Source of the DNA: Chrysomallon squamiferum | Lineage: Eukaryota > Animalia > Mollusca | Assembly (NCBI GenBank): GCA_012295275.1 | Contig: CM022672.1 | Location: forward strand, 27,032,001-27,096,000 | DNA: 64,000 nt | Reading direction: 5' to 3' | Shown: piece by piece, positions 53,482 to 64,000 of the stretch | How positions within the stretch are numbered: the first letter of the stretch is position 1 | Layout of the letters: each line of letters starts with the position of its first letter | The notes under the pieces: model-generated | Database searches by the model: none | Told to the model about the DNA's origin: nothing | Seen by the model: the letters and a program-made list of their open reading frames with translations, nothing else | Position numbers and translations under genes: made by a program

Positions 53482-56400
53482 GCAGCTGCTGCTACCACCT
53501 CCACTACTACTACTTCTACTCATGATGTGTTTGATATGACACCTGGATCTTAACCTACCAATTCCCATGAATTATGTATTTGTTTTAAAATGTAATTTAT
53601 TGATTAAGTTAAAATGACTGCTTAAAAGACCAATCTAGTAAATGTATAGATTTTAAATAAAGAGAAATACTGCATAGAAAGATAATATCTAATCTACATT
53701 TTGAGTAGTAATTGTGCTAAATTGTACAAAACAAAAACAAAAATTAAAAAGTAAGAAAAGAAAGAAAAACCTGTTTGAGAAGAGGTGTGGTGTTACTAAT
53801 AAAATAAGAGAACACATTTTAGAAAAAGTAACTTAGAAATAGGAAATGCAATTTGAAAACTGTTTCTCTGAAATGAAAAATAACAATTTGAAACTGTTAC
53901 TCATGGCTAAAGAATAATATCTGGAAATTATTACTCAAATGTAAAGGATAACATATTGAAACTCTTAATACAAACTGAAAGAAAACATTTTGAAACAGTT
54001 AATACAAAATGAATTATAACATTTTTAATTTCTTCTAACAAAAGGGGAGGAAACATCTTCCATCTGTGTATAAAAGACCAACTGAACTTCCATCCAGAAA
54101 TAAAGAAACATCTTATCCTTGTATTTTTAGTTAATTTAAAAAAAAGTCTGTTATTTTTAAAATAGTTAATCATTTTTATATTATTTGTTGTTGTTGTTGC
54201 TGTTGCTGTTGCTGTTGATGTAACGAAAATAGTAATAAAAACAAATACCCACATTAACCAGAAGTTATTAATTCTGATGTTAATACATACCATAAACATC
54301 AACAATTAAAAAAATAATAATAAATTAAAACTCACCTTTTTTTTTTACTTCATTCTTCTACAGCTTGTGATTTCCATAATTGTAAACAAAACACAAGCCA
54401 CTAAAATGTCTCTGAATACACTTTTGTATTAAATTTATATATAGATAACTATTTATTATAACTATTTAGATAACGTTATTTTAAATTTATTATATAAATA
54501 TTAATGATACATAAACAAACTCCTTCAAGCAGTGTGCTACAGTTTTGTATTGAACAGCACAGCAAAGAGAAGATCTGTTAGGTATTCAAGTGATTAAGCA
54601 TTCCAGACAAGAAAACGGAGAGAACGCACAACACAAGTAAAGCCTCATCTTCTGCCAGAACGCAGTCTCTCACATTCACAGCAATTACTGCCTGTCAGGA
54701 GACACACATAAGGTGGATAACTCCGTGATGAGAGCCACCGAACCAATCTCTGAGAAAGAAGTTAATCTATTTTAGCATTTCATCTCAGGACAAAGTAATC
54801 ACCAATAATGACCGAGGACAGATTTGCGGGGACATTTCATGGCCGACCTAAAACAGTTTACACTCCCATTACAGAGACGCACTTTCTGCTTCATTGTTTG
54901 TCACACCCTGCTGATGTCTGATAAAATGCATTACTTATTTATATATAGACACGTATCTAATATATTTAGTTATTTTTGTACATCAGAATAACAGTAGCAA
55001 TTGGAACTAGGTTTATTTTACAATGGTTATTGCAGAATTAAGAAAATATTAAGGAAGTATTAAGTCATGGAAACATTCCAGAACAGCAACAGTAAAAAAA
55101 GAAAAGAAAAAAAAAACTGCTCATCCACCAGTTAAAATAAATATTTATCTAAAATCCTGTTTGTTATGACTGGTAACCAAGCAGAATGAAGGGTATAAAA
55201 ATAGAAAGGTAAAAGAGTTTGTAGAATGAGCAGGTACTATGTCAGGAATCAATACGAGCACTCAGAATATCACTTGCTTATACATCACAGATCAGTTTTG
55301 TATAAAGGATTTCAGCTGGTATGGACTAAAAGAAGTGCTTAATAGAGATAACTCAAGTGACTGTGGTAAAACAGAAAGATGATAAACAGGTACATTTTAA
55401 GCCTGAATGACACTAAATCAATATTGATTTATTGATGTTTGTAACACAAATAGAAAATAATACTCAGATATATAAACAAAGAACACACTTTGATGCACGT
55501 ATAAAACACACACCAGTAGTAGATACATGTTATTACAGGCACAGAGAGGTAGACACAACTTACATCTTTTAGAAGCATAAATATAATACATGCATAGATA
55601 CAAATTAATACACAGGCAAGTTAAAATAAACAGAAGACTAAATACATATTATTATTACTATAAGTATATCCATACATTTATAAACATATAAATTAATGTC
55701 TTCTGTCACTTCATATTTTGTATATTTTTATTTGTTTCTAAATAAGCATGTGTCTACATGTGTGTGCATTTGTAATCTGAAAGCTGCAAGATGTGTGTGT
55801 GTTTTTAAATGCATTGATGTACATCTCTTTAGAGTCATCTAAATTTGAATTTGTTTATTTAAGTAAAACTGGACACATGCAATTAAATTACTAGTTGATG
55901 AATTATTTATTGACAGTTCATATAGCAAATACATGTAGGTGATATGTTTACATGCCATTACACATTTGTTGGGGGTTACTAATATAATGTAAAGCCTTTT
56001 AAAAGATCAGGAGTACTTGTTTTTAAAACAGATACTGCAGAATATAATCACATATGACAAACAGGATACTGCAAGTTGTATTTTATGAAGTCTTTCTCCT
56101 TCAGTAAGTGAAAATACACACACATGCATTCTCACACACACACCTACACACACACACACACAGTGAGAAAGAAAAAATTAAAAAGCAGATACTGCAATAG
56201 AAAGGAATTGCTGTTAAAGCTAGAAAATTAAAAACAGTTAATATCAAGTTTATCATGCTAATGAAATAGAACTGAAACACATTTGCAGATATATTTCCAG
56301 AATCTATTTGTAATCTATACCTTAATGATAAAAAAGAAAAGGTTAATGACAACACTTTTTTAATGAACTAATTACATGTCAGCCATTTCATTTGTAATTA

Positions 56401-56484
56401 CAGTATAATAGAAAATACCTGAAGCCATAGTGTAGGTGGCAAGGAATATGTTATGTAGATTTTCACCTTCAGTGAGACAAAACA

Positions 56485-56751
56485 CATGCACACACAGACA
56501 GACACACACACACAGACAGACAGACAGACAGACAGACACACACACTGAAAGACAGACACACACACACAAAGACAGACACACAGACAGGCAGACACACACT
56601 GACAGACAGACACACACACACACAAAGACACACACACACACACACACACACAGACACAGACACACACACAGACACACAGACAGGCAGACACACACACACA
56701 GACACAGACACACAGACAGACACAGACAGACAGACAGACACACACACACAC
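56485..56751. repeat. Compound (CA)n/(CAGA)n microsatellite
   Basis: Seen directly; explains four overlapping pseudo-ORFs. Confidence 0.95.
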
Positions 56752-58934
56752 CAGTCTGTAACACATCACTCATATAATAAGTAGCTTTTTGTCAAACCAA
56801 GAGGTTTGATCCTGCATGCTATCAACTCTGGCCCATTTGAAAGGAACCAGAGATTAAAAAATGTGAGATGGAGATTTTTTTTTATCTGTCCGTTTACTGT
56901 ATCCTTGATTGATGGAGCGCCTTGGAACCTGAAGAAAAAGATCCTAAAAGAGTCATGGTGAAAGAGAAAAAAAAGAAAGATTGAAAATGGCTGATTTAGA
57001 CAAGATTTTACCATGAACAACAAACTAGTCAGTTTAAGAAAACATGGAGTATTGAATAATGGTCACAAAGGAAATCAAATATTCTCAAGTTGCTTTTCTA
57101 ATACAATAACAGCATATTAGTAACTGAAGTAACAACATCAAATTTCCTCTTTAGTTTTCTAAGAGGATATTGGATTTTCACATGCAAATATTTTATTATA
57201 ATCTCCCCAAAACAAGACAACAATTTGACAGTATTAGATTACAGCAAACTTCCATTTTCTCCTTTGAATTATGTTTTTTTTATAAAATAAAATTTTACTG
57301 GTGCATACCCACTTGTGTTACTAAAGAGAAACGAACATATTAAACTTGCAAAGAGCCTGAACTGTTAATTTACAAATAAAATATTAAGCAATAATATTAA
57401 GATTTATAATTCATAAATATTTCATTTGAATGAATTTGATGAATGAAAAAAAAAGGAAAATAAAAAAAGAAGTCAGACATAATAATAGTTGTTCTTGTTT
57501 AATATTTTCTTCCTTTTTCTCAAACAGATCATTTTTACATACATTTTTTTATTTATTTATTTTTTAATTATTATTATTTTTGTGTCTGTGTGTGTGTGTG
57601 TTTGTGTGTTTTTTGTTCTTTCATCTATTACATTTACAGTTGCTAGCTAATCAGTTTTGAAACATTTAAAACACTGAGAGAGTTTTTCAAGAAAATGCTA
57701 CAAATTACCCTTGCGACAAAGCTTACGAGGTTGAATAGTTTCACTTTCACATCAGGGGATTAAAATAATATACAAGCTCAACCATAATAACTTCAACATA
57801 AATACATGTATTTCATTCTCTCTAAATTAAAGATCTATTTTATACAATCCTTCACACCTAAGTTTTGTGGTGATAAAATTTTCCTTCAATACAGCAGCAC
57901 ACACACATTATAAAACAAAAAAAGAAATCTCCTGGAGCATTTGTGGAATGTTCAGTTAAATGACAGCTGAAAAACAACCCAACATCACTGGAACATCACA
58001 GAGAAATAAGAAAAATACTTTTGAAAGAAAACTAATTAAGGTGATTGTGAAAAATATTCAACATGATTCCTTCAAATCATTTCGAAACAGTTTTGTCAAG
58101 TACATAACATTTACTAGAAAGTCCTGTGAACAGTATGCTAATTAAAGTGAGCTAAAAAGCTTCTTGTATTTCATCCAGAGAATTTTTTATTTTGATAATT
58201 ACACTAATTAAGCAAAATTTTTTTATTAAAAAAAAGAAAGAAATGTTAAAAAATTCTAAAGAGCAAAGCTTTTCAAACTACTAAAAGCTTTCAGCACTTA
58301 ACAAAAACAACTGAGATAGCAATAAATAAATAATAAAAATGTTCTTTTTTAGGAACAGCCATTTAGTTTCCACCTATACTTTGACACAAACACAAAAAAC
58401 AACTATTAAAGCCTGCAGAGACCCAATTAGCCCCATCTTTTGACAATGTTGTCTAGCCAGCTTAAATACAAGATAAATATTATAAATATTTTTTCAAGTT
58501 ATTGGATTTTTTTGGCTGTAACAGTGTTAATACTATGTCAGCCAGCCAATAAATAACAAAAAAAGAGAGTGTTAATTAACTGATGTCGTAATAAGTATAA
58601 AGAATAGTGGTATTATCTACACTTATTACGCAAGTACAAAATTTAATTTGTACTGAGCTAACTCAAAGGCTAGGTAGTATGGACAGAGGACAAATCAATG
58701 CCAAGAACTGCAGTCTCAGATGGAAAGAAAGATTTTGACAAACGTGGTTTCTAGAGTTCCCTAATAAAAACATGACAAACTTTACTCGCATGTAGTGCAG
58801 AGCAGAAAGCTAGTTGAAAATAATGAGTCACGTAACCTTACAACAGGGGTTGTGTGCATGACACAGCTCAGACTTATCAAGACATTTACAAGAGAGAGGT
58901 TATTCGGAAAGAATCGCATAGGTAAATAAATGTG

Positions 58935-59685
<751 letters not shown>

Positions 59686-62491
59686 CACAAGAAAAATGAA
59701 CTCATGAATCATTAGGATTTGATTAATGAAAGAAGGAGAGAGAGAAAGGGAGGAAGAATGAGGGTGAGGAGAGACAGAGTAAAGAAAAATAGAAAATGGC
59801 AGATAGAAAATAACTGCAAAACAAAAATTAACACTTGGTTTAAAAATATTTGGTTAAGTACTTAATTATAATAACAATAACAACTATTACTATTTTTGAT
59901 TTTCAAAGCAAAATTTTAGTTCTGTGCAAAGTACACATGCTTTGAAAAAGGTTATTATAAAGAATGAAACATTTAATGACTTTCAAAACAAACTGACACT
60001 AACGTACTGTCAGGTGTGGTTATTTGAAAAGATATAAATTGATTAGTTTTTCTAACCACGGTGAGTCAGTGAAACATTACACTACACACAATTCAAAACT
60101 CAATCTGCATTGTTATTAAACAAACATTGATAATAATAGAAATTCTCACCTGAAATAATTGTGACATTTCAGCATTCTGAAGTTCACATTAAAGATTTAA
60201 AAAGTGACCACAAAGACTGCCCTACATTAAGAAGAAATTTCCTTTTTTTTAAATTTCTATTTGTAAAGATCTGTCAAGTGGCTTCCTTCACAACCAGATC
60301 TACACAGAAACACGCCTGTGTGTGTTAGTGTGAGAAGCCCAGAAGTTAATACAGCACTTGAGAAAACTCATTGTATACAAAACCATTAGACACCCATTAT
60401 CGTTATAAACACAGAACAAAATATACTGGCGTCTAAAATTATAGGGCAGTATGTATTTGTTAGCAACATTCATTATGAAATATACTTTCATTTTGGCCTT
60501 GCACACACACAGAGCAAGCACAATCTTGTCATTTTATGAAAGGAATTCATGTTCTATTGCAATGGTCATATTCTTTAATTGGTTGTAAGGTATTGTTAAT
60601 TCAGTTGGGTTGTGAAGTTTTCCAGTCACAGCAAGCTGTTGTGAATCTTTGAGTTCTTGGGCAGACAATTGTACACCATTAGCCTGCCTAAGACATCATT
60701 ATTTTATCTCACTGGAAGATTAGCTAGAGAAAACAGTTGATGAGCTGATCTTACACATCCCAAATTAATTCTTTGTCTGGTGTGAGTAAATCACCTGTTT
60801 GTATCAGAGCAGTCTGCTAGGATTCTTTTTCTGCCATGCTTGAGGCAGTTTCCCATTTGTTAGTCATTCCATTTATCTGGCAGCTTGAAAACACAAATCA
60901 TACTTCTGTTTTCTTTTTAACATACAAGATTATAAATTTCTTGACACTGTTTAGTTCAGTAGCATGAATGAACATATTTAAAAGCTAAATTTTTATTACT
61001 AACATATATATATATATATATATATAATGGTATACATTACTTAAATAAAGAGAAATACTAGAGAATTCTAAATATGTTGGAAGCAGACATCAAAAATTTA
61101 TTTATATTCATTCACGTGTTTTGAATATATATTATATATTTCAATTCCTTTTAGATAACATTACAATAACATTTTCTAATTTCGTTTTATTCTAAAATCA
61201 TATACTGATATCCTGTGACAATAATTTGATTTATTGTTATTGCTATTATTTTCTTCTTATTATTATTTTTTTTTTTTTTTGTACAACATTTGAGATACAA
61301 TCTTTAAAAACGTAACATGAAATAATATATGTCATTCTCAGATATATGTAATATTTATTTATTTATTTATTTATTTACATATTTATTTTTTATAAATCTT
61401 TTCTATTTATTATGTTACTGTTTGACAAAAGAAAAATAACAACTGGGGAGTATGACAAATGGGCTGTGACCAGTCAAGATACAAACAGGTGCAAGAATTT
61501 TCTATGAGCTAAAACCTGTGTGAAATGCTTTGCATCTTTGATCAATAACCTTCAGTTTTTAATCTGACATCTTAATCATTTTGCCTTAAGCAGGACAGAT
61601 AACAGACACTGCATTCAGTAAGATAATTTTCTCACTAAACAAACAGTAATCTACAATAAAATGCTCATTATTATTAACAGATTCATCTTGATTACATTCA
61701 TCATTATAAAGATAATTTTTTACTCATAATACACAGGCTAATTTTGCTTTTTTTTTAAATCTGGAATCAAAATGATTACCATTTTTGTTTTCAATATTTT
61801 ATCCATTTATTTAGTAGTTTCTTTGTTTTTATATTCAAGAATAAAAGAAACAAATTATTACTGAAACAACAGTTATTGTTTTTGACATTGATTTAAGCTG
61901 CAAGCTATTGCTTTTGACATTAACTTAAGCAGAATAATACTGCTTTAAACATTAATTTAATAAAGCATTTAAATTTTTTTTTTTAAATATCCATAGTGTC
62001 TGCCAATCTCTACTTAACAAATAATTTTTTTAAACTGAACTAAAGCATTATAAACTGTGTGAATCATAATACAGATAATGCCACTTAATTTACTATTGAC
62101 ATATCCTGTTCATAGTTTGATTTGTAAAGAGTTGAAGCTGGTGGTTTTGGTGTTTGATACTTGCATGAGACTACTTTGCAAACAAATCAATACCACCAGT
62201 GATGGTTTGTAAATAACTTCCATAAAATGTCTAATAATTTAAGTAAATATATTTTTAATGATATTTTAAATTACCTTATTACGTACATCTAAAATTAATG
62301 TATTTTATGCTGTATCATGAAAAATATTTTACAGCACATTTCAAATTATGATATTTTCTGTAGTATCTTAAATTGTATTTTATACTGTATGTCAAAATGT
62401 ATTATATATTTTTACTATATTCTCAAATTAGGTGTGTATGTGTGTATGTATGTATGTATGTATGCATTTTTGTATGTGTGTTATGATGTGT

Positions 62492-62548
<57 letters not shown>

Positions 62549-63681
62549 TTTGTATGTATGTATGTGATCATATATCATGATATCTATATAATCTATGAGT
62601 GTGTTCTGTATGAATAACAGACAATAACATATAGACCAACAGAAGTATATATAAATAAAAATACACAACAATTAAATGTACCCACACAAGAACCTCACCC
62701 AGTTGACACATACATATCAGCTTACAACAGTACAACAAAAGCTGTTACATAATTTAAAAAAAGGAAAGAAATGCCAGTAGAGAACACTCACTGAGAAGGT
62801 GAATATGAAGGATGTTGCATGCAGTGACAGGAGATCCCAGCATGACCCTACAGCTGCCTCAGTGACAACACTCAGTTACTTCATCTACTGCGTTATCTCA
62901 CACTGGCGCTCTGCCAACATCGCCAACAATGGTTTGTCCTGCCAACTGACAGTAAACAACAATAGAGGTGTGTGTGTGTGTGTATGTATCATTTAATTAT
63001 TATTATATATATATATTAGTATAATGTGTATGTCTATGCATGTATTTTACACACACATACATGATACATTATATACATGCACATACACGTATACTGATAC
63101 ACCTAATAAAACATAAACACACATCTGGAGGGATGGGTGGATGATTGATGGAAGCAAGTATTATATGTATGTATATATGTATGTGAGTGTATGTGTATAT
63201 GTTATGTGCATATGTTTTTTAAGTAGCATATATGTGTCTGCTCATTTGTTAGATAATAGAAAAGAAAACAGGATAAATAAATAAATAAATTGATTAATTA
63301 ATAACCAGTTACTAAAATAGCTATTTTGTTAATCAATTCACTGTTTGCATTTTTATTAATATGTTCCCCTTTTATCAACAAGTGAAATATTCTTGCTTCC
63401 TTCTTTGTATTCTTTTTTTTAACAGAGAAATCTTAACCTAATGTACTGAACAATTTGATCAATTTCCAGGATCGTTTATCAAATTATGTTTTATTTTTCA
63501 ATTTCAGTTTTAAATTTAAATTTTATTATCTTCTCTATTGATTTAAAAATCTGAAAACAAAAAAATTTAAAAACAAAATAAAAATAAAAATAAACATAAA
63601 ATAAAAAAAATAAAATAAAATAAAATAAAATAAAATAAAATAAAATAAATAAAAATAAAAATAATAGTAAAAAAAAAAATG

Positions 63682-63728
<47 letters not shown>

Positions 63729-64000
63729 TATATAAATAAATAAACCTTAATAACCATTACTGATAAATCCTATCATGTTTTTTTTTTGTTTTTTTTTTTC
63801 ATCACATTTCTCATTTAAGGCATCCACCCATCTCAGTTATATACTCTCAGTAAATTTAATTTTATGGATGTAATAAAAAGAGAAAAATAATGAACTTTCC
63901 ATTACAAACACAAATGTAATTTTTACACACATTTAAAGCCCTCAGTTACTTGGTGTATTACACCCTGGAGGACTTGATCAATAATAATGTCTGAATATAA

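Noticed and set aside
56372-56777. Four overlapping Cys/Val- or His/Thr-rich ORFs
   Set aside because: Translation of a CA/CAGA microsatellite.

Overview
Very AT-rich, CpG-depleted, microsatellite-rich animal DNA. It is probably an invertebrate, and the SINE-like repeats resemble ones I recall from gastropod genomes. Two genes can be supported. (1) The terminal coding exon of a hemicentin (HMCN1/fibulin-6-like) gene lies on + at 542-917. (2) Convergent with it is a complete five-coding-exon minus-strand gene (18230->9318, 158 aa) of the uncharacterised C1orf21/DUF4612 family, with an MGCxxS acylation N-terminus and an SQxEFFRxLDEKIExGRDY C-terminus. The ORF track misses both genes because they are spliced. 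The remaining ~46 kb (18.3-64 kb) has no recognisable protein-coding gene and looks like a large 5' intron/regulatory region with several candidate non-coding exons. It also holds a nested inverted-repeat cluster (20.6-24.0 kb), a 198-bp near-identical dispersed duplication, several minisatellites (one with a 157-codon open frame behind a splice acceptor, one built from MEF2-consensus palindromes) and decayed SINEs. An internally deleted Tc1/mariner element with intact TIRs sits in intron 3 of the C1orf21-like gene. The most notable observation is that the C1orf21-like gene and hemicentin are adjacent here, and their human orthologues are also neighbours on 1q25. I found no convincing wholly new biological system.
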